Virus record (IMG/VR): IMGVR_UViG_3300029448_000016
Strand: one strand, 5' to 3'
Source of the DNA: an uncultured virus (IMG/VR IMGVR_UViG_3300029448_000016)
Taxonomy: Duplodnaviria; Heunggongvirae; Uroviricota; Caudoviricetes
Length of the DNA stretch: 64,000 nucleotides
The position numbers and the translations under genes were made by a program. Below are positions 30,953-40,116 of the stretch, in pieces. Within the stretch, counting starts at the first letter, position 1. Every line of letters starts with the position of its first letter. The notes under the pieces were generated by a model. The model ran no database searches. It saw only the letters and a program-made list of their open reading frames with translations, and was not told the origin of the DNA.

Positions 30953-31985
30953 TATTAAAATAGAAGGAAGAAATGTACCTTATATCAAAGGTGCGTATAC
31001 TAACACTGGTTTATTAAGAGCTGCTACATTACAATTTAGTTTACCATTAACTTATGGTGGTTTAAAAAAGCTATGGAACAAAGAAGTAACTTTTTTTCTC
31101 AATGAGTCAGATACTACTCCTCTATTTAGAGGTTATATAAAAAGAGTCAAAGAAGATTTCGACATGGTACAAATCATAGCGCAAGATATGCTTGGGTATT
31201 TACTTTTAGGTGGTAACCCTGAGAATGCTAAAATTGCTTTGACAGATGATGATAACTTAGATGGTTTGACAGTGGGTAATGCTATTAGTAAAGCTATCAA
31301 TAAAGCTCAACTAGGCTCAAAGATAAGCACTACGTACATAGGCGATACAACGCCCCTTGTGAGCGCTTCTACGCCCCCTTTAAGAGGAACTAAGACTGTT
31401 TTAGATATAATAAAGACATTGATGAGTAGAGCAATAGATAATTCAAGCTCCCCTCCTAGACCTAATATAGCACGCTTAATAGATAATGGAAGCACTTCAG
31501 AGCTTATTATAGAGTTACAGAGCGAACTAGATGTAAGTCAAATAAAGCATGTGTTTTCAGAGCATGCTAATATAACAGACTTACAAATTATAAAACGTAA
31601 AATACCTACAATAGTTATAATAAATGGTGCCAATGATGTTACAGGTACTTTCCAACACGATAGTGCTATGGCAGCGTATGATAGAAATTATTTAGAGGCT
31701 ACTAATGAAAACCTTAGAAGTCCAGCAGAGTGTAAAGACTTTGCTCAAAAAGTATTTAGGGCTAATTTAGAAACTCAATATCAATATACTATTAAAAGTT
31801 GGGAAGGAGCATATTTAGCTGAGAATGATATTGTTAGAGTAGAAACTGATGATGATATATTTAATGGTAACTACAGAGTAACTGGTAAAAAAATAGCATT
31901 TAGTCAAAACTCCTTTGATGTAGGAATAAATATAAATAGAAATCCACCTACACTAACTGAGTATATAGCTCAACAAGATAATTAA
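30933..31985 (+). CDS. Baseplate hub/Tal-like tail protein
   Basis: LFRGYIKRV, IIAQDMLGYL and NDIVRV...GNYRVTG pattern of hub proteins. Confidence 0.65.
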   Translation: MIETIPSIKIEGRNVPYIKGAYTNTGLLRAATLQFSLPLTYGGLKKLWNKEVTFFLNESDTTPLFRGYIKRVKEDFDMVQIIAQDMLGYLLLGGNPENAKIALTDDDNLDGLTVGNAISKAINKAQLGSKISTTYIGDTTPLVSASTPPLRGTKTVLDIIKTLMSRAIDNSSSPPRPNIARLIDNGSTSELIIELQSELDVSQIKHVFSEHANITDLQIIKRKIPTIVIINGANDVTGTFQHDSAMAAYDRNYLEATNENLRSPAECKDFAQKVFRANLETQYQYTIKSWEGAYLAENDIVRVETDDDIFNGNYRVTGKKIAFSQNSFDVGININRNPPTLTEYIAQQDN

Positions 31986-32386
31986 GCTGAAGTTGTACCT
32001 ATTAGTTCTGATATTGTGACATATGTCTGACAGTTAACTGAAGTACCATCTGTTTGGTTGTCTCCTGTTACTTTCAAATTTGTACCTTTTGGTATAATAA
32101 AATCTAATCCTTCTGAATTACTGCTAGTATATGCAGTGTCACTTGTAATAACACCGACGGCTGTGCCATCTACATATATTATAAAGTCAAAAGCTTTTAC
32201 TGTTCTAACACTTGGATGTGCTCTTACATTTACTTTCACATCGGCTGTGGTGCTCATGGCGTCATCCATGATTGTTTCTGCTGCGTTTGTACAAGCTACC
32301 GGACCGCTAAAATAAAAACCCATTGGTAATGGATTATATTGAGTCATTTGGGAGCCTGAGTATACTGAGTCTGCTGTTATTGCCAT
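31982..32386 (-). CDS. Hypothetical beta-rich protein (possibly virion)
   Basis: Track ORF; GAGG SD. Confidence 0.6.
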   Translation of the reverse strand: MAITADSVYSGSQMTQYNPLPMGFYFSGPVACTNAAETIMDDAMSTTADVKVNVRAHPSVRTVKAFDFIIYVDGTAVGVITSDTAYTSSNSEGLDFIIPKGTNLKVTGDNQTDGTSVNCQTYVTISELIGTTSA

Positions 32387-32390
32387 ATTT

Positions 32391-32654
32391 TTATCCTCTT
32401 GGGTTTCCTATCTGCATATCTGTCCTTCCGTTAGTTGGTGCGAAATCTCCTGCTTCACCTGAACCACCTGAGGATTCTGTGTTACCGGGAGTAATTGTTC
32501 TAACTGGAACTGTACCAGCTGGTTGCATTCCTGCATAGTTTTCTACGGTTTCGTCGCCGAGTCTGACAACATTGTCAATCATTCCATTGGAAGTTACGCC
32601 TGCGTCCATTCCCATTTTGCGACCATATCCTGTTATATCTGTATCGAATTCCAT
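32391..32654 (-). CDS. Hypothetical protein
   Basis: Track ORF; AGGAG SD. Confidence 0.6.
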   Translation of the reverse strand: MEFDTDITGYGRKMGMDAGVTSNGMIDNVVRLGDETVENYAGMQPAGTVPVRTITPGNTESSGGSGEAGDFAPTNGRTDMQIGNPRG

Positions 32655-32663
32655 ATTTACTCC

Positions 32664-34553
32664 TTAAATTTCACACTTGTCACCAACACAAGCATACTCG
32701 GATTTACCCTGAGTATTGTCTTGATGTTCGTATTTTGACAATAATGCATAGTTAATTAGGGGTAGCCCCTTTATAAGCCTTTCGTAGGTTCTGTGGTCTA
32801 TCTCTTCATATGGTGCTAATTTATACTTACCGCCAGAATATGGTAAAAAGGATACTCCGTTAATTATTTCCCAGTTTTGATACACCCAATTACCTACTTC
32901 GAACCATTCGTCATCTCTGACATACACAGTCATACTAGCGTTATGTTCACACCAGTTGTGTTGTAGGTTTTTATAATGTTTAAGCTGGTCTAAAGCTGTA
33001 ACATCCTTTCTAGTAATACATCCTTCTGGAGATTTGACTGGAAATTCTAATACCCATGTCGAAGCATCCTTTGTTGTCTGTCCATTCTCAGGACTACATT
33101 TTATACCAGCTTCTTTCATCATAGTAAATAATGGGTCACGAGCTGCAATTCGGTAACGACGTATGTAGTATTTAGAGTAGCGCGGGTGAACACCTGAGGC
33201 AGAGTCGACTAATTGTGAAACAGTGCCACTTGGTTTAACACAAGTAGTAGCTGCTGGCATTTTTGTACCCAAAATAGATGATGCTTTACGTGAGATACGT
33301 AAAACACGGCTTTTAAGGGCCGCTAGTGCCTCTGAGGTCAAGACCGAAGGGTTATCCATCTGTCCTGTCAAACTAACACCTAACAGCGCTTCTACGTCAC
33401 AATTCTTTTTCCACTCTTTTCTTAGATAGGGAAAGTGAGTGAATGAACTTTGTATAACTCCTATCCAAGTTGCTGTTTCAACCTTGTCTAACAGCGTGTC
33501 AAGGTCATCGTCTTCTCGGATTACTACTTCCGAAAGGTTACAAAATTGCATATCTCGTAACATTATTTCTCCACAAGGATTAGTTCCTTGTATTAGAGGA
33601 GCGTAACGACGGGAAGGTGCTTTAGCTTGGGCTGAGGAAAGATTAAATAATCCTCTTTCTCCAGTTCCAGACTTAGCTAACGCTCCCCATTCAATTAAAA
33701 AATCAGCTGCGGATGGCTTCTCCCTAAATATAGCGCTATTGTTTGCCATAGCTCGTTTAATTGGGAAAGGCCAATCCTTAGCGTGACGCATATCTTTGTC
33801 ATCAAGGTCGCTCAAAGAGATTTGTGAGCTGCGTCTAACTCCACCTACAACAACAATTTCTGCAATCTGATTACATATATCATGAGCTTCGAGGGTTGTA
33901 AGCTTTCGACCTTGAGCATTGTGCATAGTTTCACGAATGAAATCATGCAACTTTACTAGCGGTGCAGGACCAGAAGCACGTCCACCCATAGTCAAGAGGC
34001 GTGCGCCTTCTAATCTTATCGCTGAGTAATCGAAATAAATATTTTGTCCATCATAAAGATTTCCCATAAGTGTCTTTACTGAGTCAGCCCAACCTGCTTT
34101 GGAATCCTCAATGGTGACCTTAGCTATCCCTTGTCCTGATTTTATTTCAGGGACTTCTGGTAGTTTCATTACTTCTTCAGACTCAACTGAGAAACCGAAA
34201 CCAGTACCGCACATCAATACATATAAACATTCAGCGAAAGCTTCTATAGAATTAATTTTAGCAAAGGAGCAATTATATATACAAGTATTATCTGCTTTAG
34301 CGGCTGGACCTGCGGCCCATAAGAAACGCATCGATGGCATTACTGCAAACTCTAACATATATTTTCTAATCTTGTTAACAGTTTTTTCAGGTATCTCAGG
34401 TCTTTCTGAAATTATGAAACCGATAAATCTTTCTATTGTTTCAGGCCAATCTTCTCGCCTGTTTTCTTCTTCTAGCCAACGTGAATACGTTCTTTTATAT
34501 ATAAATTCTGATACTTCGTTCTTAAACATTTTACCACTCCTTTTGCGGTTCAT
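32664..34553 (-). CDS. nrdJ: Class II (adenosylcobalamin-dependent) ribonucleotide reductase; alternative start 34529
   Basis: YNCS, GTNPCGEI, FCNLSEV, TCVKPSGTVS and the C-terminal CVGDKC redox pair; no beta subunit in the window. Confidence 0.92.
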   Translation of the reverse strand: MNRKRSGKMFKNEVSEFIYKRTYSRWLEEENRREDWPETIERFIGFIISERPEIPEKTVNKIRKYMLEFAVMPSMRFLWAAGPAAKADNTCIYNCSFAKINSIEAFAECLYVLMCGTGFGFSVESEEVMKLPEVPEIKSGQGIAKVTIEDSKAGWADSVKTLMGNLYDGQNIYFDYSAIRLEGARLLTMGGRASGPAPLVKLHDFIRETMHNAQGRKLTTLEAHDICNQIAEIVVVGGVRRSSQISLSDLDDKDMRHAKDWPFPIKRAMANNSAIFREKPSAADFLIEWGALAKSGTGERGLFNLSSAQAKAPSRRYAPLIQGTNPCGEIMLRDMQFCNLSEVVIREDDDLDTLLDKVETATWIGVIQSSFTHFPYLRKEWKKNCDVEALLGVSLTGQMDNPSVLTSEALAALKSRVLRISRKASSILGTKMPAATTCVKPSGTVSQLVDSASGVHPRYSKYYIRRYRIAARDPLFTMMKEAGIKCSPENGQTTKDASTWVLEFPVKSPEGCITRKDVTALDQLKHYKNLQHNWCEHNASMTVYVRDDEWFEVGNWVYQNWEIINGVSFLPYSGGKYKLAPYEEIDHRTYERLIKGLPLINYALLSKYEHQDNTQGKSEYACVGDKCEI

Positions 34554-34586
34554 TATTATAGTTTGGGCTACTATAAAAGCCTTGTT

Positions 34587-34679
34587 CTATTTTTTAAAAT
34601 CAATTAATACTCGTCTACCACAAGTGCAAGGCTCGTCTGCCTTACACTCACAGCGACTTTCTGTAGTCAAAAGAGCCAT
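34587..34679 (-). CDS. Cys-rich micropeptide MALLTTESRCECKADEPCTCGRRVLIDFKK
   Basis: Hand-translated; TAATG overlap with the upstream ORF. Confidence 0.5.
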   Translation of the reverse strand: MALLTTESRCECKADEPCTCGRRVLIDFKK

Positions 34680-35104
34680 TACTCTTTTAGTTCTTCTACA
34701 GGTTGACCATGAACATCGATATGAACACCGTCAAATCTTACACGGCCACCATTTGGTTTTTTGCCATACAATTCTTTATTCCATCTCTTCGATGGTGTGT
34801 TTGGTCTTTTTGGGACAGTATAAGCACCATTGATAAGGAATGCTCCTTTACCTAAGTCTATTACTTCATCCTCTTTTTCTTCAGTAGGTTCTTCTACTTC
34901 TACGGGTGCTTCTTCTTCTTCAGCTATTTCTTCAGCAATCTCTTCTTCAGCTACTTCTTCAATAACTTCATCTTCAATTGCATCTTCATCTACAGGTTCT
35001 TCATATTTTAAAGCTCCTGCTAATCTAAATTCTAAATCTGCTTTATTACCCTTTGTGGATAATCCCATATCTTTTAGCTGTTTTTTAAGTTCTTTAACTT
35101 TCAT
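34679..35104 (-). CDS. SAP-domain protein with acidic linker
   Basis: MKVKELKKQLKDMGLSTKGNKADLEFRL matches the SAP consensus. Confidence 0.75.
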   Translation of the reverse strand: MKVKELKKQLKDMGLSTKGNKADLEFRLAGALKYEEPVDEDAIEDEVIEEVAEEEIAEEIAEEEEAPVEVEEPTEEKEDEVIDLGKGAFLINGAYTVPKRPNTPSKRWNKELYGKKPNGGRVRFDGVHIDVHGQPVEELKE

Positions 35105-35158
35105 CTATTCCTCCTTGCTACATTCACATGAGCACGAGCAGTCATCACAACAGCACAT
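35105..35158 (-). CDS. Cys-rich micropeptide MCCCDDCSCSCECSKEE
   Basis: Hand-translated; near-identical to 1060-1140. Confidence 0.55.
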   Translation of the reverse strand: MCCCDDCSCSCECSKEE

Positions 35159-35159
35159 A

Positions 35160-35315
35160 TTATAGTTCCTCTATCTTGCCATCAGCGTAAGTTCGAACTG
35201 TTACGTTCTTACCTCTGCGGCTTATTACTTTGTCGTAATAGGTAGCTTTTGGTGCTTCCTTTACAACCTCTTTCTTGACGTCAACGTCTTTTTTGCTAGC
35301 TTTATCCTTTACCAT
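35160..35315 (-). CDS. Small hypothetical protein (51 aa)
   Basis: Hand-translated MVKDKASKKDVDV...; fills the operon gap. Confidence 0.55.
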   Translation of the reverse strand: MVKDKASKKDVDVKKEVVKEAPKATYYDKVISRRGKNVTVRTYADGKIEEL

Positions 35316-35319
35316 GGTA

Positions 35320-35475
35320 TCACTTTTTCTTGCGGCGTCCCGCTTTTTTCTTTGTTTTTGGCTTTACTTTGCGAGGAAGTTTGGCGCCTTTAGGCGTCTC
35401 CTTCTCCCATTTCTTCGCCATCGTCGGCTTGTTCTTGTGCATCCAAGCTCTCTGTTTCTTGCTTTTGAAGGGCAT
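35320..35475 (-). CDS. Basic protein, MPFKSKKQRAWM type (51 aa)
   Basis: Hand-translated; AAGGAG SD; an N-terminal motif I recognise from phages; overlaps the upstream ORF by 86 nt. Confidence 0.65.
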   Translation of the reverse strand: MPFKSKKQRAWMHKNKPTMAKKWEKETPKGAKLPRKVKPKTKKKAGRRKKK

Positions 35476-35758
35476 TTTCGTTCTCCTTTTGTATTGCGGC
35501 TATGTGGGCTTGCCATTGCATAACCATTTCTTCTTTCTCCATGAACTCATTTACTATGCCTGCATTGTCTTGTAATGCTTGGGACATCTGTTGTGCCTGT
35601 CCTTCGACTTGTTGTAGTCTCTCGGTTGCAGTACGAATTTGGGCTAATAGCCAATTCATGTTATCCATTGTTTGTGCTGGGCCTGCACCTTTTTCAAAGT
35701 CCTTAACCCATGCTTCTACTTCGTTCATACGTTTCTCTAGTCTTTTTAATGTTGCCAT
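35390..35758 (-). CDS. Coiled-coil hypothetical protein
   Basis: Track ORF; GGAG SD. Confidence 0.65.
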   Translation of the reverse strand: MATLKRLEKRMNEVEAWVKDFEKGAGPAQTMDNMNWLLAQIRTATERLQQVEGQAQQMSQALQDNAGIVNEFMEKEEMVMQWQAHIAAIQKENENALQKQETESLDAQEQADDGEEMGEGDA

Positions 35759-35768
35759 TGTTTATCTC

Positions 35769-36854
35769 CTATGAACAAGTGCAATCACTTGAACATACTT
35801 TCATTTCTATTAATTTATCCTTTGAATATCTATTTAAAGCTTTCTCTCGCATATTGATAATAATATGCCCTGCGGTGTCTGGGTCATCTGTATACCAACC
35901 CCAATCACCACCATCTTCGTTATATATACTCTCGAATATAAAATGAATGTCACGGTTGGAATATCCTGCATTGATTAATTCCATACCAATTATTTTGTTA
36001 TCTTCGTGGGAGCTATGTCCACGCTCTATATTAAGCTCTATAAGCTTCATTACGCATTTACGTAAGGGCATAATATAATCATTGTTATGTATAGCATGCT
36101 TAGTAGGGCTTGCTACATCATTGATTTTATCTAAGAGGTAAGTAACGCTTTGAGATACATTATGCTTGATTCCTTTTTCATTACACATAAACTCTACAAA
36201 GTCTCTATAAGCTTTCTTACTTCTATTACTTTCAAACTTTTCATCACGAGGTTCTACAGCTATACCATAGATTTCCTCTATACTCATCTTCATAACTTCC
36301 TCAACTGAGAGCTGTGTACACCACACCCCTGTTGGTTCTTGAGTTAGTTTAGATATATACTTTGTGTTAGGTATACGTCTTAAACACGCTACACTATTGT
36401 TAATACAAGCTTGGTCAAGGGTCTTCAGTTTGTATTCTGTTTTTATAAAGCTCAAGTATTTTCTTAGCATGTCTCGTTTCAAACCATCCGATAAGCCCAC
36501 GTGCGAGTATAGGTCTATATTCATTTGAAAGCCCTTGCCCCCTGTAAGATATATCCTTGGGATTATCTCTCTCGGCTTGCAATACTGCCTTATAAATTTT
36601 CTTACGTCCTTTAAACATTTATTTACATCCTTTTCATCATCAAAATCAAACCACAAAGTATTTATTGCAGCTGAATCATAATCTGTTTTACTCCAGCTAC
36701 TTTTAACTCTAGGGTTCTCTCTTCGGTCATCAAATACATAAACACTAGTGTAACAATTTTTGTCACCATTAAATTTATCTACTTGTATTTCCAATTCTTC
36801 TATGGAATAACACCTAGCTATTCTGGCTGGGATTCCAAATTCTCTGTAATACAT
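35769..36854 (-). CDS. Archaeo-eukaryotic primase (PriS catalytic domain with PriL/PriX-like C-terminal fusion)
   Basis: YREFG, WFDFDD (motif I), TGGKGFQ (motif II) and LRRIPNT; C-terminal helical Cys/His domain. Confidence 0.85.
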   Translation of the reverse strand: MYYREFGIPARIARCYSIEELEIQVDKFNGDKNCYTSVYVFDDRRENPRVKSSWSKTDYDSAAINTLWFDFDDEKDVNKCLKDVRKFIRQYCKPREIIPRIYLTGGKGFQMNIDLYSHVGLSDGLKRDMLRKYLSFIKTEYKLKTLDQACINNSVACLRRIPNTKYISKLTQEPTGVWCTQLSVEEVMKMSIEEIYGIAVEPRDEKFESNRSKKAYRDFVEFMCNEKGIKHNVSQSVTYLLDKINDVASPTKHAIHNNDYIMPLRKCVMKLIELNIERGHSSHEDNKIIGMELINAGYSNRDIHFIFESIYNEDGGDWGWYTDDPDTAGHIIINMREKALNRYSKDKLIEMKVCSSDCTCS

Positions 36855-37180
36855 TCTCCTTGTATCTCCATTACTTCAATCTTCTGACACCAATCAGTTG
36901 GTATAGCCATTATATCACATCCGTCACACTGTGACCCATGCATGACTAATACTATTGCTTTGTCGTCTTTTGCCACCATTTCTCCGACTGTTTCACATAC
37001 AGTAAGATGTTCTGATGGGTTTTCTGCATTTATTATATATGATTTGAAAGTGCTTGCTGCATCATTCCAAGTTACCTTTACAAAAGGTCCTACACTACCT
37101 AGTGTTTCGCCTTCTCTAGCGGTGTTGTCTATCATATTTGCACTTCTAGTGTTTACTTTTTTATCTTTTAATTCTGTCAT
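36818..37180 (-). CDS. Conserved phage protein (V.W.DA...C.TVG...IP type)
   Basis: Track ORF, start moved to 37180 after GAGGT. Confidence 0.6.
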   Translation of the reverse strand: MTELKDKKVNTRSANMIDNTAREGETLGSVGPFVKVTWNDAASTFKSYIINAENPSEHLTVCETVGEMVAKDDKAIVLVMHGSQCDGCDIMAIPTDWCQKIEVMEIQGECITENLESQPE

Positions 37181-37187
37181 CTTTACC

Positions 37188-37553
37188 TCACTCTTTTGAT
37201 AGTCTAACCAGATTATCTTTCCAATCTTCAAACAATCCTGCAACAATACTTAAATCGTTATCGTGTTTATAATACTTAGCGTTTGGTGGTGTTTCAGAAA
37301 CCATAACGGGATTATAAGGTTTTTCAAACAAAACCCTATCGTATGGTATTTGGTTTACTTTTAACCAATCTTTGGTAGCCATAACCCAATCTAATGAGTT
37401 AGGTCTTTTACACCATATTGTTATCTGATGGTTGTTGTCTGTCAACCATATCATAAATTCTCTAACGTTAGCTAGAGGTCTTGCTTTCTCTACTTCAGTG
37501 TAGTCATTACATGGGGTACATATAATTCCATCCATTCCAAATACTAAATTCAT
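37188..37553 (-). CDS. HAD-superfamily phosphatase-like protein (motif I degenerate)
   Basis: LVFGMDGIIC, ITIWCKR and IPYDRVLFEKP. Confidence 0.7.
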   Translation of the reverse strand: MNLVFGMDGIICTPCNDYTEVEKARPLANVREFMIWLTDNNHQITIWCKRPNSLDWVMATKDWLKVNQIPYDRVLFEKPYNPVMVSETPPNAKYYKHDNDLSIVAGLFEDWKDNLVRLSKE

Positions 37554-39034
37554 TTCTTTATTTCCTCTTCTATTTTATTTATCCAATCAATCCACCGTTT
37601 ACCTACAACGTCCCAACTATATTCTTTTAAAACATGTTTGCGTCCTGCTATTCCTGTTTCTAATTTCTTATCAGGATTGTCATAGTAATATTGTATTGCT
37701 TCGCATATAGCATTTTCTGATGCTAGTGCTCTTTGGGGTGCTGCACGAGCGGGAGTATCCCACCACATGTCTTTATATGGTATTAATATACCTCTCTCAC
37801 ATATATCCTCTTCTTCAAGATGGTCTCTACCATTAGGCATAGGGTCATCATGTGCACCTCCTAAAGGATACATTGGTATGTCGTCATTCTCTGGGTCATT
37901 GCTCTTTATCAACTCATACGATGTTGTGTAATTAGTAACACATATTGGTACACCACATGACATAGCTTCTAGTGTAGGGATACCAAAGCCTTCACCTGCT
38001 GTAGGTAGAACAAATACATCCATACAGTTATATAGATTGGCCATAGCTTCTTCATCAATAGCCTGACTGGCATCTAGTGAACCCATAAGTGGTTTCATAA
38101 GATATTTTTCGATTCCATACTGTGCAGCAAAGTCTGGGAATTTCCAACCCATAGCATCCTTCCAATCCATATGTAACATTAATTTAGCTTCATCTGGACT
38201 GAGATTATTTTTCTTTACAAACTGAGCAAATCCTTTCACTAGACGTGGTAGGTTCTTTCGATGTTGATTTCTAGCTACACATCCTACTATGAATGCGTCT
38301 GGTTTTTCTTCAGCACCATACTTAGGGTTCATTACAGGTTTAAATAAACCAGTATCTACACCATGAGGTATATATGTAGTGTCCACATCAAAATCTTTTT
38401 TGAGTCCTATTTGTCCATATCTAGACATAGCGATACCATAGTCAACATTATTGAGTTGAAATTTCCATTCCGGTACAGAAGGTTCTCCGTCGTATGGTAT
38501 AACAACTCCTAATTTCCAAGACACTCCTTTAGAAATTTGTTTGAATGCCTCATTCATCATATCCATTCGTTGCTTTCTATTAAGTATATTACCCTTCTCA
38601 TCATAGAAAGGCATTGTAACTTGACTAGGTTGCTTCAAATCTGTCATATGTTTAAACATCTGAAAATCAAGATGCCCTATCACAAGGTCAGGTTTAAAGT
38701 TTTTTACCCAATGTGGGAATGATTTCTCACCGAATCTTTCTTGTCCCGCAAACATTATTGGTAACATCTCAAACCAAGATTGTTTCTCTGTTTGTCCTAG
38801 CGGCCATGGTGTAAACCATTGACCATGTCTATCGTTTTGACACCCTCCATATCCTATACGGTGTCCTTCATTATGTAATAGCGAAGCTACATTTTTTGTA
38901 TTTGTTCCAAAACCAGTGGGTGCCCAAGGACTATCAGACACTGGCATAATTCTCAGTCCAGTGTAAGGTTCTAATATATAATTCTCATCGTTACCGTATT
39001 GACCTACGGCCTTTTGCTGTTGCTTATCTTTCAT
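37550..39034 (-). CDS. GT-B glycosyltransferase (GT4-like)
   Basis: PTGFG, IPHGVD, RNQHRKN and GEGFGIPTLEAMSCG. Confidence 0.9.
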   Translation of the reverse strand: MKDKQQQKAVGQYGNDENYILEPYTGLRIMPVSDSPWAPTGFGTNTKNVASLLHNEGHRIGYGGCQNDRHGQWFTPWPLGQTEKQSWFEMLPIMFAGQERFGEKSFPHWVKNFKPDLVIGHLDFQMFKHMTDLKQPSQVTMPFYDEKGNILNRKQRMDMMNEAFKQISKGVSWKLGVVIPYDGEPSVPEWKFQLNNVDYGIAMSRYGQIGLKKDFDVDTTYIPHGVDTGLFKPVMNPKYGAEEKPDAFIVGCVARNQHRKNLPRLVKGFAQFVKKNNLSPDEAKLMLHMDWKDAMGWKFPDFAAQYGIEKYLMKPLMGSLDASQAIDEEAMANLYNCMDVFVLPTAGEGFGIPTLEAMSCGVPICVTNYTTSYELIKSNDPENDDIPMYPLGGAHDDPMPNGRDHLEEEDICERGILIPYKDMWWDTPARAAPQRALASENAICEAIQYYYDNPDKKLETGIAGRKHVLKEYSWDVVGKRWIDWINKIEEEIKK

Positions 39035-39042
39035 CTTTAATC

Positions 39043-39237
39043 CTATTGTTTTATAGCTATAATATCTCTCTTATTAACAATAACTGTACCTTTTTCACCA
39101 GTAAGATAAACAAAATTTTCATCATCATTTGTTATCATTCCTCTTCCTACCTTTGTTCTTTCTTCTTCACGCCAAACCACTTTGACTTCTGCGTCTGACA
39201 AAAATGCAGACAACGGTTTATTTTCTTTTTCATCCAT
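39043..39237 (-). CDS. Sm/LSm-like small protein
   Basis: 64 aa; EVKVVW..GRGMITNDDENFVYL..TVIVNKRDIIAI fits the Sm1/Sm2 strand pattern. Confidence 0.5.
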   Translation of the reverse strand: MDEKENKPLSAFLSDAEVKVVWREEERTKVGRGMITNDDENFVYLTGEKGTVIVNKRDIIAIKQ

Positions 39238-39291
39238 TATATCACTTCCCCCGAGGGGTTAGGAGCAGCAAACGTGCTGTCCTTATATTAA

Positions 39292-40116
39292 TTAATCTAT
39301 TGTGCTATTTAAAGCTTTGTCTCCTATTTTATTAATTAAGACTGGCCTTTTACCATCTGCGGCATATCTACCACCCTGTGCATTTTTAAATACAGACTCT
39401 TGAATTGGTGAATCTTTTCTCAGTTTAGGTTTGTCAGGTTCCGGAGAAGACATGGCAGCTAATACTCCATTGATACCATCACTAAGGTGGGTTGATACTT
39501 TGTCCTGTGTTTCATAACGACTACTAACTACTCTATGACAGTTAGAACAAATAAGTTTACATTTTTCTACTTCTGTTATTATATCATCAACACTTCTATG
39601 AGCGAGTCCATTTAATCCTAGCGTAAATTCTTTAGCATCGGGGTCTATGTGGTCAAAATCCATTTGACATGGTTGACCTGTGAAACCACAACGTGTACAA
39701 GCTCTTCCAAAATAGTTCATTAATACATTCTTTATAGCTCTACCTCTTGTTTCTGCGTTGCCTTTATATACCCGCAATCTAGGTTTTCCTTCATAACGTG
39801 GTAATGCTGCATCTTCTCTATCTCTAGCAGCTTGACAATCTTTACAATTAGCCAAAATATTTAAAAGACCAGTTCTATAACTGCGTGCCCTTCTTATTCC
39901 AAATTGTGTAATGTGAAGGTGTTCTTTGCATGTAGGACAATCTTTATAAGGGTGTTCCTTAGACCATTTTCTAGTTCCCCATGCTTTCTCAGGTAGTTTA
40001 TCATTCTCTATCCACCATTCTACTCTCATATCTTTCGATTCTATTTGTATTTCTTCTAATGATTTTTTCAACCATTCTTTACTACGCTTTAAATGAGGGT
40101 AGTCTATCATATCCAC
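39292..40116 (-). CDS. HNH endonuclease (putative free-standing homing endonuclease)
   Basis: CTRCG...DFDHIDP...CKLICSNCHR plus N-terminal CxxC pairs; overlaps the polB stop. Confidence 0.85.
   Translation of the reverse strand: MDMIDYPHLKRSKEWLKKSLEEIQIESKDMRVEWWIENDKLPEKAWGTRKWSKEHPYKDCPTCKEHLHITQFGIRRARSYRTGLLNILANCKDCQAARDREDAALPRYEGKPRLRVYKGNAETRGRAIKNVLMNYFGRACTRCGFTGQPCQMDFDHIDPDAKEFTLGLNGLAHRSVDDIITEVEKCKLICSNCHRVVSSRYETQDKVSTHLSDGINGVLAAMSSPEPDKPKLRKDSPIQESVFKNAQGGRYAADGKRPVLINKIGDKALNSTID

Noticed and set aside
34099..34833. 244-aa plus-strand ORF
   Set aside because: Antisense to nrdJ and neighbouring genes; no motifs.
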